Origin: an uncultured Planctomycetales bacterium
Lineage (GTDB): Bacteria; Omnitrophota; Gorgyraeia; Zapsychrales; JANLHA01
Length of the DNA: 64,000 nucleotides
NCBI GenBank assembly: GCA_964489065.1
Contig: CAZAXH010000002.1
Location: forward strand, 42,683-106,682
Direction: 5' to 3'
The notes beneath the pieces were generated by a model. That model had not been told where the DNA came from. It made no database searches and worked only from the letters and a program-made list of their open reading frames with translations. Below, piece after piece: positions 1 to 10,877 of this stretch (positions are counted from its first letter, which is position 1; the number at the start of each line of letters is the position of its first letter). Both the position numbers and the translations under genes were made by a program.

Positions 1-3000
1 TGACAATGACCCGCAATGGTACAAGGACGCGGTTATTTATCAACTGCACGTCAAGACGTTTTGTGACAGCGATGGTAACGGCCGGGGCGATTTTAAAGGC
101 CTCACGGCAAAACTGGATTATTTAAAAAATCTCGGGGTGACAGCCATTTGGTTGCTGCCGTTTTACCCTTCTCCTTTAAAAGACGACGGGTATGATATTG
201 CGGATTATTACAATATTCATCCTCAATACGGCACGCTGAAGGATTTTAAAGAGTTCCTGCGGCAGGCGCACCGGCGCGGCCTGCGGGTTATCACGGAACT
301 GGTCGTGAACCATACCTCCATGGAGCACCCCTGGTTTAAACGGGCGCGGAAGTCTCCATCGGGCTCCCATGACCGTAATTATTACGTCTGGAGCGACTCC
401 CCGGATAAATATAAAGATGCCCGGGTGATTTTTAATGACTTTGAGTCTTCCAATTGGGCATGGGATGAAGAAGCGCAGAGTTATTACTGGCACCGGTTTT
501 ATTCGCACCAACCGGACTTGAATTTTGAAAACCCAAACGTGCAGAAAGAAATCCTGCGGGTCGCGGATTTCTGGTTTTCGCTCGGTGTCGATGGTGTCCG
601 TCTGGACGCCGTCCCTTATCTGTTTGAGAGGGAGGGCACGACCTGCGAGAACCTTCCGGAAACCTACGCATTTTTGAAGAAGCTGCGCAAGCATGTGGAA
701 AGCCGGCACAAGAACCGAATGCTCCTTGCGGAAGCGAACCAGTGGCCGGAAGATGCGGTTGCTTATTTCGGAAAGGGTGACGAGTGCCATATGGCCTTTC
801 ATTTCCCGCTGATGCCCCGGATGTATATGGCGGTGCAGATGGAAGACCGGTTTCCTATCATTGATATTTTAGAGCAGACCCCCAGGATTCCCCGGGACTG
901 CCAGTGGGCGATATTTCTGCGCAATCACGACGAGCTTACTCTGGAAATGGTCACGGACGAGGAGCGGGATTATATGTACCGGGCCTTTGCCCGGGATGAC
1001 CGGTCGCGTCTGAACCTGGGGATCCGCCGCCGTCTGGTGCCGCTTCTGATGAACGACCGCAAAAAGGTGGAACTGATGAATATTCTGCTTTTTTCGCTGC
1101 CCGGGACGCCGATTATTTATTACGGAGACGAAATCGGGATGGGCGACAACCATTATCTCGGCGACCGTGACGGAGTGAGGACGCCGATGCAGTGGACCCC
1201 GGATCGCAATGCCGGTTTTTCGAAGGCGAATCCCCAACAGCTTTACCTGCCGGTCATCATCGATTCGGAATATCATTATGAAACCGTCAATGTGGAAACG
1301 CAGGAAAAGAACCTTTCGTCCCTGTTGTGGTGGATGAAGCGGGTTATTGCCATGCGCCGTAAATACCGGGCCTTTAGCCAGGGGGGGATTAAACTTTTAT
1401 ATCCTGATAACCATAAAGTTCTTGTGTTTATCCGGCATTACCGCTCGGAACGGATTCTCGTGGTCATTAATCTGTCCCGTTTTTCCCAGTCGCTGGAAAT
1501 CGATTTAAAAGAGTTCCGCGGCTGCGTACCGGAAGAGGTCTTCAGCCAGAATGTCTTCCCGCCTATTAAAGAAACGCCGTACATTTTGACGTTAGGGCCG
1601 CATAACCATTACTGGCTGCTGTTGAAGAAACCCGAGGATATCCTTCAGCTCCGTAAGCATAAAAGGCAGAAAAAAATGACGCTTTCCTCTTCCTGGGAAG
1701 AAGTTTTTGATCCTGAAAATTTCCGCAGGTTTGAAAACGAAATCCTGCCGTCCTATCTGAACACCTGCCGGTGGTTTGGAGGGAAAGCGCTTCAGATCCG
1801 GTCTTTAAAAGTGATTGAGCGTATCCCGCTGGTGAATTCTTCGCTGAACGCCCAGTTGCTTTTTTTACACATCCAGTATGTGACAGGAGAGGAAACGGTT
1901 TATTTCCTTCCGGTCACGTTTTTAAGTGCCTCTCCCGGGGAGACGCTGTCAAAGGATTTTCCGGCTGGGGTCATCATCCCTTTGACGGTTCAGGGGGCGG
2001 ACGGCGTTTTATGCGACGCCACCTATGACAAGCGGTTTCAGGCCGGGCTCCTGCAGCTGATCGTGCAGAAGAAAAAGGTGCGTTTCAATAAGAATGAAAT
2101 CCGTTTTCTGCCCGGGAGAGCGTTCTTTGCAATGCTGGGAGACCCGTCTCATCCCCCGGCTCCGCAGTTGTTGAAAGCGGAGCAGAGCAATACTTCGGTG
2201 ATTTACGGCAATAGTTTTTATTTAAAGCTTTTTCGAAGAGTCGAGGGGGGGATGAATCCGGAGGCGGAAATGATCCAGTATCTTTCCGCCCGCAGGTTTT
2301 CATGCATCCCGGCGTTTGCCGGAATTATAGAACGGATCCCAGCGTCGGGGAAAGCCATGACTTTAGGCCTCCTGCAGTCGTATACGCCCCATCAGGGGGA
2401 TGCCTGGCATTATACTCTGGATCATGTCATGCGTTTTTATGAAAAAGTTTTAACGCAAAGAGCCGATATTGAGCGTGTGCAGGAAAGACTGAAAGCCGAT
2501 CCTTCCTCTCCGGGCGAAGTGGATGGAACGTTGTTCATTGATGCGTTGTATCTTCAGATGGTGCGACGGCTGGGCAAGCGCACCGGGGAGATGCATGAAA
2601 CCCTGTCCCGCGAGGAGGATAACCCGGAGTTTACGCCGGAATCGTTTTCGATGCTTTATCAGAGGTCCGTATACCAGTCTATGGGCAGCCAGGCCCGTAG
2701 CGTCATGAAATTGTTAAGGAGGACTTTGGCGCGTCTTCCCGTCGAAGCCCAGGGGGAGGCGGCCCCGGTCATTGAGCAGGAAGAGCTGATCTACTCCCGC
2801 TTGAGACGGATTCTCAAGACAAAGTTTTCCGCCAAGAAAATCCGTATTCATGGCGATTACCATTTGGGGCAGGTGCTTTTCACGGGCAAGGATTTTGTTA
2901 TCATTGATTTTGAGGGAGAGCCGCTGCGGCCGATCAGCGAACGCCGGCTGAAACGCTCGGCCTTGCGGGACGTGGCCGGCATGTTGCGGTCTTTTCATTA

Positions 3001-3328
3001 TGCCGCTTACGGGGCGCTTTTTTTGAGGAAGGACGTCCGGGAGGAAGATCCCGTGTTCCTCGAGTGGTGCGCCGATTTCTGGTATGCCCATGTCAGCCAG
3101 ATATTTCTTAAATCTTATTTCGAGGCGATGGAAGGAACGCAGATCCTGCCCCGGAATAAAACGGAACGGGATGTTTTGCTGGATGTTTTTCTGCTTGATA
3201 AGGCCATCTATGAGCTTGCCTATGAACTCAATAACCGCCCGGACTGGGTGCTGATTCCTTTACGGGGGATTCGTCATATCCTGGCCAGGAGCAACAACAG
3301 GGTGAATAATCGGCGAGGCACGCGTTAA
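1..3328 (+). CDS. treS: Trehalose synthase fused to maltokinase (TreS-Mak/Pep2), 5'-partial; the reading frame is open from base 2 and continues into ORF 137..3328
   Basis: N-terminal GH13 alpha-amylase domain (DNDPQWYKDAVIYQLHVKTF..., GVDGVRLDAVPYL, FLRNHDELTLEM); C-terminal ~450 aa maltokinase-like kinase domain; no start codon found in-frame inside the window. Confidence 0.85.
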   Translation, partial: DNDPQWYKDAVIYQLHVKTFCDSDGNGRGDFKGLTAKLDYLKNLGVTAIWLLPFYPSPLKDDGYDIADYYNIHPQYGTLKDFKEFLRQAHRRGLRVITELVVNHTSMEHPWFKRARKSPSGSHDRNYYVWSDSPDKYKDARVIFNDFESSNWAWDEEAQSYYWHRFYSHQPDLNFENPNVQKEILRVADFWFSLGVDGVRLDAVPYLFEREGTTCENLPETYAFLKKLRKHVESRHKNRMLLAEANQWPEDAVAYFGKGDECHMAFHFPLMPRMYMAVQMEDRFPIIDILEQTPRIPRDCQWAIFLRNHDELTLEMVTDEERDYMYRAFARDDRSRLNLGIRRRLVPLLMNDRKKVELMNILLFSLPGTPIIYYGDEIGMGDNHYLGDRDGVRTPMQWTPDRNAGFSKANPQQLYLPVIIDSEYHYETVNVETQEKNLSSLLWWMKRVIAMRRKYRAFSQGGIKLLYPDNHKVLVFIRHYRSERILVVINLSRFSQSLEIDLKEFRGCVPEEVFSQNVFPPIKETPYILTLGPHNHYWLLLKKPEDILQLRKHKRQKKMTLSSSWEEVFDPENFRRFENEILPSYLNTCRWFGGKALQIRSLKVIERIPLVNSSLNAQLLFLHIQYVTGEETVYFLPVTFLSASPGETLSKDFPAGVIIPLTVQGADGVLCDATYDKRFQAGLLQLIVQKKKVRFNKNEIRFLPGRAFFAMLGDPSHPPAPQLLKAEQSNTSVIYGNSFYLKLFRRVEGGMNPEAEMIQYLSARRFSCIPAFAGIIERIPASGKAMTLGLLQSYTPHQGDAWHYTLDHVMRFYEKVLTQRADIERVQERLKADPSSPGEVDGTLFIDALYLQMVRRLGKRTGEMHETLSREEDNPEFTPESFSMLYQRSVYQSMGSQARSVMKLLRRTLARLPVEAQGEAAPVIEQEELIYSRLRRILKTKFSAKKIRIHGDYHLGQVLFTGKDFVIIDFEGEPLRPISERRLKRSALRDVAGMLRSFHYAAYGALFLRKDVREEDPVFLEWCADFWYAHVSQIFLKSYFEAMEGTQILPRNKTERDVLLDVFLLDKAIYELAYELNNRPDWVLIPLRGIRHILARSNNRVNNRRGTR

Positions 3329-3378
3329 TTGTATCTTGGGGGCCCGGCAGAGGGTGCCGTGTCCAGGGGGACTTTGTC

Positions 3379-5328
3379 ATGGAACATTTTTTCGCGAATG
3401 GGCCGCAGCCGGCCGGCGCCGTCCGGCATGGGCTGAGCCGGTTGACGGAAGATGATATTTATCTGTTTCGGGAGGGCAGCCACTTTCGCCTTTACGAAAA
3501 GCTGGGCGCGCATTTTTACCGTGATAACGGAGTTGCCGGAACCCTTTTCGCCGTATGGGCGCCGAACGCCCAACGGGTGTCGGTGATCGGAGATTTTAAT
3601 GGCTGGAACGAATTCAGACATCCTTTGGCCCCGCGCTGGGACAGCTCCGGGATTTGGGAAGGGTTTGTCCCTGGCGTCGCGCAGGGCGCGTTATATAAAT
3701 ATTGTATCGTTTCTAAATTTAACGCTTACCGGACGGAAAAGCGCGACCCATTTGCCTTTTATTCCGAGATGCCCCCTCAAACGGCGTCTATCGTCTGGGG
3801 CCTTGATTATCAATGGCAGGACGGCGGCTGGATGAAAACACGGGAACGGGCCAATGCCCTTAAAGCGTCGATTGCGGTTTACGAAATGCATTTGGGATCC
3901 TGGCGGCGCCTGCCGCAGGAGAACAACCGGTTTCTCAGCTACCGGGAGATAGCCGAGCCGTTGGTCCGTTATTTGCAGGACATGAATTTCACGCACGTCG
4001 AGTTTTTGCCGCTGATGGAACATCCTTTTTACGGGTCATGGGGGTATCAAACCATCGGGTATTTCGCGCCGACAAGCCGGTATGGGTCTCCCCAGGATCT
4101 GATGTTTTTGATAGACTGTTTGCATCAGAACGGCCTGGGCGTGATCCTGGACTGGGTTCCGTCCCATTTTCCGTCCGACGGCCATGGCTTGGCTTTTTTC
4201 GACGGCACGAATCTTTTCGAACATGCCGACCCGCGGCAAGGGTTTCACCCGGACTGGAAGAGTTTTATATTTAATTACGGCCGGAATGAAACCAGGAGTT
4301 TCCTGATCAGCAGCGCCCTGTTTTGGCTGGACAGATATCACGCCGATATGCTGCGGGTTGACGCCGTGGCTTCCATGTTGTATCTGGATTATTCCCGCCC
4401 GGAAGGGGAGTGGATCCCCAATCAGTACGGCGGGAAGGAGAACATCGAAGCTATTGATTTTATTAAGCGGCTTAACGTGGAGGTCTATAAGCATTATCCG
4501 GACACGCAGGTCATCGCGGAGGAGTCCACGGCCTGGCCGATGGTGTCCCGCCCGGTCTGGGTCGGAGGACTGGGCTTCGGTTTTAAATGGAACATGGGGT
4601 GGATGCACGACACCTTGCTGTATTTCAGCAAGGACCCGTTGTTCAGGAAATACCACCATCATCAGTTGACATTCAGCATGATGTACGCCTTCAGCGAGAA
4701 TTTTATTCTAGCTTTTTCGCATGATGAAGTCGTTCACGGAAAAAGGTCCATGCTGGAGAAAATGCCGGGGGACGACTGGCAGAAGTTTGCCAATTTGCGG
4801 TTGTTGTACGGATACATGGCCGGCCATCCCGGTAAGAAATTGCTGTTTATGGGCGGGGAGTTCGGGCAGCGCAAGGAATGGAACCACGAGGAAGCGCTGG
4901 ACTGGGCCTTGTGTGAAGTGGCGCCGCATCAACAGCTCCAGCGATGGGTCAAGGAACTGAATTATTTTTACAAAACCGAACCGGCGCTGTTTCACGATGA
5001 TTTCTCCCCGGACGGGTTTGAATGGGTGAACTGCCTTGATTGGGAACGCGGGGTGATCAGTTTCTTACGGAAAGGGGACGAGGGGACGGAGCCGGTCCTT
5101 GTGGTGTGCAATTTCACGCCCGTTCCCCGGGATAATTATAAGGTGGGTATCCCGATGGGCGGATTCTGGAGGGAAGTTTTAAACAGTGATGCGCAAGAAT
5201 ATGGGGGCACCGGCCACGGGAACCTCGGCGGCCAGGAAGCGGCTCCGGTTCCTCTGCAGGGGAAATATTTTTCCTTGTCTCTTATGATCCCGCCCTTAGC
5301 CGTGCTTTTCTTTAAAAGGAGTGTTTGA
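3379..5328 (+). CDS. glgB: 1,4-alpha-glucan branching enzyme (short form lacking the N1 domain)
   Basis: GH13 branching-enzyme motifs (VWAPNAQRVSVIGDFNGWN, YEMHLGSWRR, GVILDWVPSHF, DMLRVDAVASMLY). Confidence 0.9.
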   Translation: MEHFFANGPQPAGAVRHGLSRLTEDDIYLFREGSHFRLYEKLGAHFYRDNGVAGTLFAVWAPNAQRVSVIGDFNGWNEFRHPLAPRWDSSGIWEGFVPGVAQGALYKYCIVSKFNAYRTEKRDPFAFYSEMPPQTASIVWGLDYQWQDGGWMKTRERANALKASIAVYEMHLGSWRRLPQENNRFLSYREIAEPLVRYLQDMNFTHVEFLPLMEHPFYGSWGYQTIGYFAPTSRYGSPQDLMFLIDCLHQNGLGVILDWVPSHFPSDGHGLAFFDGTNLFEHADPRQGFHPDWKSFIFNYGRNETRSFLISSALFWLDRYHADMLRVDAVASMLYLDYSRPEGEWIPNQYGGKENIEAIDFIKRLNVEVYKHYPDTQVIAEESTAWPMVSRPVWVGGLGFGFKWNMGWMHDTLLYFSKDPLFRKYHHHQLTFSMMYAFSENFILAFSHDEVVHGKRSMLEKMPGDDWQKFANLRLLYGYMAGHPGKKLLFMGGEFGQRKEWNHEEALDWALCEVAPHQQLQRWVKELNYFYKTEPALFHDDFSPDGFEWVNCLDWERGVISFLRKGDEGTEPVLVVCNFTPVPRDNYKVGIPMGGFWREVLNSDAQEYGGTGHGNLGGQEAAPVPLQGKYFSLSLMIPPLAVLFFKRSV

Positions 5329-5331
5329 AAC

Positions 5332-7191
5332 GTGGATATCGGCGCTTTGTATCAAGGGGCGGACCGGTGCCTGTTCCGGGTCTGGGCTCCGCAGCATGAT
5401 TGTGTCAGCGTGATGCTGACCACTCCGGATGAGAAAACCATTCCCATGCGTCGGGAAGGCCATGGTTACTGGGCCGCGACCGTGGACGGGGTGTCCCCGG
5501 GCGCGTGTTACAAATATCTTCTGAATCAGGATCAGGCTTGGCCGGACCCGGCTTCTTTTTATCAGCCCCAGGGCGTCCACGGCCCATCCGCGGTATGGGA
5601 CCACGCGGGGTTCCCTTGGCATGACGCAGGCTGGAGGCCGGTTCCCTTGAAGGAGATGCTTATTTATGAATTGCATATCGGGACGTTTTCCGGGGGAGGC
5701 ACGTTTGACGGCGCTCTTCACCACCTGCCGCATCTGCTGGATTTGGGGATTAATGCCGTCGAGATCATGCCGGTCGCGCCGTTCCCGGGAGAACGGAATT
5801 GGGGGTATGACGGGGTTTATCCGTTTGCCGTGCAGTCCAGTTACGGTGGGCCTGATGGTTTGAAGCGTTTTGTGGACGCGTGCCACGCCCGGGGCTTGGC
5901 TGTTATCCTCGATGTGGTCTATAATCACCTCGGCCCCGAAGGGAATTACCTGGGGCAGTTCGGCCCTTATTTTACCGGGCGCTATCAGACGCCCTGGGGG
6001 GAGGCCGTCAATTTTGACGGGGAATACAGCGACGGAGTGCGGAATTATTTTGTCCATAACGCCCTTTACTGGTTTCGGGAGTTTCACGTGGACGCCCTGC
6101 GTCTGGACGCGGTTCATGGGATTTATGACCGCAGTGCCAAACCGATTCTCCGGGAAATCCGCGAACATGTTGACGCCTTTTCCGCCCGGATCGGCCGGAC
6201 GTTTTATCTGATCGCGGAGAGCGATTTGAACGACGTCCGCCTTGTCACGGACATGGGATCGCACGGCTGCGGTATGCACGCCCAGTGGTGCGACGATTTT
6301 CATCATGCCCTGCATGCGCTGGTGACCGGGGAAGCAGCCGGTTATTACGGCGACTTCGGACATCCGGAAGACCTGATGAAGGCGTATCAGGAGGGCTTTG
6401 TGTATTCCTGGAAATATTCCGCTTTCCGTAAGAAATATTTCGGGAGTTCGTCCCGGGATATCCCCGGGGACAAATTTGTCGTTTTTATGCAGAATCATGA
6501 CCAGGTGGGCAACCGGATGAAGGGAGAGCGGTTATGCCACGTGGCTTCTTTTGAAGCGGCCAAACTCGCCGCGGGAGCGGTGTGCGCCGCCCCGTATATC
6601 CCGCTTTTTTTTATGGGGGAGGAATACGCGGAAGAAGCACCGTTTCAATATTTTGTCAGCCATTCCGATGAAGGCCTTATCCGGGCTGTACGGGAAGGGC
6701 GGCAAAAGGAGTTCGCCGCCTTTCAATGGCAGGGGGAGGTCCCTGATCCGCAAAGCGAAGACACGTTTGTGCGGTCCCGGCTGCGATGGGACACGGTTGC
6801 GACAGGCGGTCATGCCGTCATGTTCCGGTTTTATCAGAGGCTGATTCGGCTGCGCAAAACCGTGCCGGCTTTGCGTGTGTGCGACAAAAACGCGGTGTCT
6901 GTTTTTTGCCTCGCTGGGCACGTCTTTCAGCTTGTGCGAAGTTTCCGGGAAAGTCAGGTGGTATGTTTTATGAATTTTTCCGCCCGGGAAGAACGCATTT
7001 CTCCCAGAGAATTTGGCGGCGGGCTTTTTTATAAGCGGCTGGATTCTTCTGAGGCTGTTTGGCAGGGGCCGGGGTCTTTCGCCGCCGATACCCCCGCGGC
7101 CGGGAATGAGCCCATGGTCTTGCGGCCCTGGCAATTCGTCATTTATGAAAGACGAAAAAAGGGTGAAAAAATACAGGAGGTGTCTTCATGA
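5332..7191 (+). CDS. treZ: Malto-oligosyltrehalose trehalohydrolase
   Basis: GTG start preceded by AAGGAG; GH13_10 signature YELHIGTFS...EIMPVAPFPGERNWGYDGVYPFAVQSSYGGP...LDVVYNHLGPEGNYL. Confidence 0.85.
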   Translation: MDIGALYQGADRCLFRVWAPQHDCVSVMLTTPDEKTIPMRREGHGYWAATVDGVSPGACYKYLLNQDQAWPDPASFYQPQGVHGPSAVWDHAGFPWHDAGWRPVPLKEMLIYELHIGTFSGGGTFDGALHHLPHLLDLGINAVEIMPVAPFPGERNWGYDGVYPFAVQSSYGGPDGLKRFVDACHARGLAVILDVVYNHLGPEGNYLGQFGPYFTGRYQTPWGEAVNFDGEYSDGVRNYFVHNALYWFREFHVDALRLDAVHGIYDRSAKPILREIREHVDAFSARIGRTFYLIAESDLNDVRLVTDMGSHGCGMHAQWCDDFHHALHALVTGEAAGYYGDFGHPEDLMKAYQEGFVYSWKYSAFRKKYFGSSSRDIPGDKFVVFMQNHDQVGNRMKGERLCHVASFEAAKLAAGAVCAAPYIPLFFMGEEYAEEAPFQYFVSHSDEGLIRAVREGRQKEFAAFQWQGEVPDPQSEDTFVRSRLRWDTVATGGHAVMFRFYQRLIRLRKTVPALRVCDKNAVSVFCLAGHVFQLVRSFRESQVVCFMNFSAREERISPREFGGGLFYKRLDSSEAVWQGPGSFAADTPAAGNEPMVLRPWQFVIYERRKKGEKIQEVSS

Positions 7192-10001
7192 AGCCTGATG
7201 TTGCCGGCTCCCGGCATATTCCTGTGGCGACGTACAGAATTCAGTTTCATGCTTCCTTTGGGTTTTCTGCCGCGCGGGCCCATCTGGCGTATCTGTCCGG
7301 GCTGGGCATTTCCGACCTCTACGCTTCTCCGATTTTTAAAGCCAGACAAGGGAGCCACCACGGCTATGATATCGTTGATCCCAACAGCCTGAATCCGGAA
7401 CTGGGAACGGAAGCGGATTTCGCCGCGCTTTCCGAACAGGTGAAAAAGCATGGATTGTTCTGGATTCAGGATATCGTTCCCAATCATATGGCCTATGATA
7501 AGGAAAACCATTTATTGATGGATGTTTTTGAAAAGCGGGAATATTCGTCTTACTATCATTTTTTTGACGTGAATTGGGCGCATATTTATGAGAATCTTCA
7601 CGGACGGATCCTGGCGCCGTTTTTAGGGCGGTTTTATTCTGAAGCCTTGGAAGCGGGGGAGATGCAACTCTCTTATGCGCAGGATGGATTCAAGCTGCGG
7701 TATTACGGCCACAGTTTCCCTTTATATTATTCCTCTTATAAAAAAGTGTTAATGCACGGGGTGAGCCGTCTGGAGGAGGCTTTAGGAAAGGGGTCGGAGG
7801 CCATGACCAAATATTGCGGAGTAGCAGACCTCTTTTTAAGGCCTTCGGAAGAAATCGACGGATATGACCGACTGGCTTTCGCGAAGAATTCCCTCTGGGA
7901 CCTCTACACGGGGGTTCCGGTGATCAGAGATTTTATGGATGAGAATATACGGATGATGAACGGCCGCCGGGGTGATGTGGCCAGCTTCCAGGCCTTGGAT
8001 GAGCTTCTCCTGGAGCAGTGTTTCCGTTTTTCTTTTTGGAAAGTCGCCTCGGAGGAGCTGAATTACCGCCGCTTTTTCACGGTGAATGACCTGATTTCCG
8101 TCCGGGTCGAAAAGCCGGATGTTTTCGAAGCCACGCACGCGTTTATCCTGAAATTGATTGAGGAGGGCCGCGTGCATGGTCTGCGTGTTGATCATATCGA
8201 CGGCCTTTATGATCCGCTGGAGTATTTGCGCAGAATCCGGCAGAAGGCCGGAGACACGGTTTACCTTTCGGTGGAGAAAATTCTCTCGCGGGGGGAAACC
8301 TTGCCCGCCGACTGGCCGGTCGCTGGAACAACCGGCTATGATTTTCTGAATGCCGTCAACGGGGTGTTTTGCTGCCGTGCCCATGAAAAAGAGTTTAACA
8401 GAATATACTTTCGGTTTGCCAAGCCGGATATGACTTACGAGCAACTGGTTGTGTCCAAAAAGCGGCTTATCATCGGTAAACATATGGCCGGAGACATTGA
8501 CAATCTCGCGTATTTGATGAAAAAAGTGGCGAGCCGGGACCGCTACGGCCGGGATATCACTCTCTACGGGCTGCGGCGGGCCCTCGTGGAAGTCATGAGT
8601 TTCTTCCCGGTTTACAGAACGTATATCCGTCATGATGTTTTTTCTAAACAGGATAAAACCGTGATTGGCCAAGCCATTGAAAAGGCGGGGAAGAGCGCGC
8701 CGGGCCTGTGGTATGAAATTTATTTTATCGAACGTTTTCTTATGTTGGACCTGATCCCGCAACTCAATCCGGAAGAACAGGATGATTTCTGGCAATTTAT
8801 CATGAAGTTCCAGCAGCTGACGGCTCCGATTATGGCCAAAGGATTCGAGGACACGACGTTTTATACTTACAATAAATTGATTTCTTTAAATGAGGTCGGG
8901 GGAAACCCGGGGCTGTTCGGGATATCGTTAGACGAATTTCATGCTTTTAACCGGAAACGGCAGCGGATGTTTCCTCTCGCGATGAACGCGACGGCCACGC
9001 ACGACACCAAAAGGGGCGAGGATGTCAGGGCCAGGATCAACGTCCTGTCGGAAATTCCTGAGGCCTGGGAAGAAACGCTGAACCGGTGGCGGAAATGGAA
9101 CCGGTCTAAAAAACACAAGCAAAACGGACAGCCTATTCCGGATGCGAATGATGAATATTTTATTTATCAGACCCTGTTGGGTGCCTTGCCCTTTGACCCG
9201 TGGGACAGGGATTCTTTTAAAGAACGGATTGAGAATTATATCATCAAAGCGGTGAGGGAGGCGAAAGTCCATACCGCCTGGATCAAGCCGGACAGTGATT
9301 ATGAGTCCGCGTGTTTGGATTTTGTGGATCGGCTTCTTGATGACAAGGAGGAGAACGCGTTCTGGCCGGATTTCCTGGCGTTCCAGCGGCGTCTCGCGCA
9401 CTACGGCATTTTTAATTCCTTGTCCCAATGTTTGCTGAAGATGACCTGTCCCGGGGTTCCGGACTTTTATCAGGGATCGGAATTGTGGGACCTTAGGCTG
9501 GTTGATCCGGATAACCGCCGGGACGTCGATTTTGACCTCCGGGAATCCTTTCTTCGGGAGTGGGAGCCGGCGCCCGGGGCAGGCGAGACCGAGGCCGGGC
9601 TTCAGAAGCTTTTTGCGGAAAAGGACACGGGGAAAATTAAATTATGGATGATTCGGAAAGTGTTGCAGGAACGGTGCCGGCGCAAGGCCGTGTTTGAACA
9701 GGGGGAGTATGTTCCGCTTTCGGCGGCCGGCCGGCACGCGGAGAGCGTTATCGCTTTTGCCAGAATTTTGGACGGAGATTGGAGCGTGACCGTGGCGCCG
9801 CGGTTTTTAACCCGTGTCTGCGGGGAGGACGCGATGCCTTTGGGAGAACAGGCTTGGCAGGACACCCATGTGATTATCCCGGCGGGCGGCCCCCGCTGTT
9901 TTCGGGATGTTTTCACGGGACAGGATAAGGAAAATTCCGGGCGGCTGCTCCTTCGGGATATTCTTAATCATTTCCCGGTATCTTTATTGAGCGGCGTTTG
10001 A
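7188..10001 (+). CDS. treY: Malto-oligosyltrehalose synthase
   Basis: ATYRIQFHASFGFSAARAHLAYLSGLGISDLYASPIFKARQGSHHGYDIVDP...DIVPNHMAY is the TreY signature; AGGAGG RBS; start overlaps treZ stop (ATGA). Confidence 0.85.
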   Translation: MKPDVAGSRHIPVATYRIQFHASFGFSAARAHLAYLSGLGISDLYASPIFKARQGSHHGYDIVDPNSLNPELGTEADFAALSEQVKKHGLFWIQDIVPNHMAYDKENHLLMDVFEKREYSSYYHFFDVNWAHIYENLHGRILAPFLGRFYSEALEAGEMQLSYAQDGFKLRYYGHSFPLYYSSYKKVLMHGVSRLEEALGKGSEAMTKYCGVADLFLRPSEEIDGYDRLAFAKNSLWDLYTGVPVIRDFMDENIRMMNGRRGDVASFQALDELLLEQCFRFSFWKVASEELNYRRFFTVNDLISVRVEKPDVFEATHAFILKLIEEGRVHGLRVDHIDGLYDPLEYLRRIRQKAGDTVYLSVEKILSRGETLPADWPVAGTTGYDFLNAVNGVFCCRAHEKEFNRIYFRFAKPDMTYEQLVVSKKRLIIGKHMAGDIDNLAYLMKKVASRDRYGRDITLYGLRRALVEVMSFFPVYRTYIRHDVFSKQDKTVIGQAIEKAGKSAPGLWYEIYFIERFLMLDLIPQLNPEEQDDFWQFIMKFQQLTAPIMAKGFEDTTFYTYNKLISLNEVGGNPGLFGISLDEFHAFNRKRQRMFPLAMNATATHDTKRGEDVRARINVLSEIPEAWEETLNRWRKWNRSKKHKQNGQPIPDANDEYFIYQTLLGALPFDPWDRDSFKERIENYIIKAVREAKVHTAWIKPDSDYESACLDFVDRLLDDKEENAFWPDFLAFQRRLAHYGIFNSLSQCLLKMTCPGVPDFYQGSELWDLRLVDPDNRRDVDFDLRESFLREWEPAPGAGETEAGLQKLFAEKDTGKIKLWMIRKVLQERCRRKAVFEQGEYVPLSAAGRHAESVIAFARILDGDWSVTVAPRFLTRVCGEDAMPLGEQAWQDTHVIIPAGGPRCFRDVFTGQDKENSGRLLLRDILNHFPVSLLSGV

Positions 10002-10059
10002 CAGGTTAATAAACACGGGGAGGTAACATCTTGGAAAGGTTTGTTTTTAAAAATCAATC

Positions 10060-10626
10060 ATGACATTCAGTGAAATATTTATTATTGCCTGCGGGCTTTC
10101 CATGGATGCGCTGGCGGTGTCTATGGCCTGCGGCGTCGTGAACCGGAAAGGACGGCATTTGAACGCCTTTAAGTTTGGGGCCAGTTTCGGTCTGTTTCAG
10201 ATGCTGATGCCGGTTGCCGGATGGGCGGCCGGGGTGCGCTGGCAGCCGTATGTCGCGCCTGTCGACCACTGGCTGGCTTTTGCGCTTTTGTCTCTTATCG
10301 GGGGAAAAATGATTTATGAGGCGCTGAAGATCGAGGAGTGGGAGGAACGATGCCCGGTTATCAATTTTAAAACGCTGATCTGCCTGTCCTTGGTGACTAG
10401 TATCGACGCCTTGGTGGTCGGCTTTAGTTTTGCGTTGCTCCGGTTGGCGATTGTCTTTCCTGTTATTGTGATCGGCTGCGTCACGTTTGTTCTGTCGTAC
10501 GGGGGGTTCTTGCTTGGCCATAAAATAGGCCGCCTGTTTCAGAACAAGCTGGAATTATTAGGCGGAGCCGTCCTTGTTTTTATGGGTCTCAGGATATTGA
10601 TTCAACACCTGATCACCGCTTGCTGA
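10060..10626 (+). CDS. mntP: Manganese efflux pump MntP
   Basis: Two-repeat DUF204 membrane protein closely matching E. coli MntP (GLSMDALAVSMA, ILGG..LVFMGLRIL). Confidence 0.8.
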   Translation: MTFSEIFIIACGLSMDALAVSMACGVVNRKGRHLNAFKFGASFGLFQMLMPVAGWAAGVRWQPYVAPVDHWLAFALLSLIGGKMIYEALKIEEWEERCPVINFKTLICLSLVTSIDALVVGFSFALLRLAIVFPVIVIGCVTFVLSYGGFLLGHKIGRLFQNKLELLGGAVLVFMGLRILIQHLITAC

Positions 10627-10877
10627 AACAGCAAAAGACAAAGTTGGCCGCGGCATAAAGGGGCAGGGCTGTCGCCAGAGAGATTGCCTAAAAAAACACT
10701 ATTCTTATTGTGCTTCATTTTTTTCGAAGTTATACTAAAAATAATTTAAATTATTAGCGGGTAAAGAGTAATAACTTTTGGGTGGATTGTTTTTTTTAAG
10801 TTTTAGCGCGGGCGGACGGGTTCGCCGATTCTTCAAGGCGGCCATCTGTTCGGCAGAAGATAGCGGTAAGAATACGG

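Noticed and set aside
176-1276. Minus-strand ORFs (208, 79, 135 aa) inside the TreS domain
   Set aside because: Antisense shadow ORFs within a strongly supported GH13 coding region; no RBS or domain signal.
5296-6498. 400-aa minus-strand ORF antisense to treZ
   Set aside because: Fully overlaps the well-supported TreZ frame; its composition is typical of an antisense frame in a GC-rich gene.
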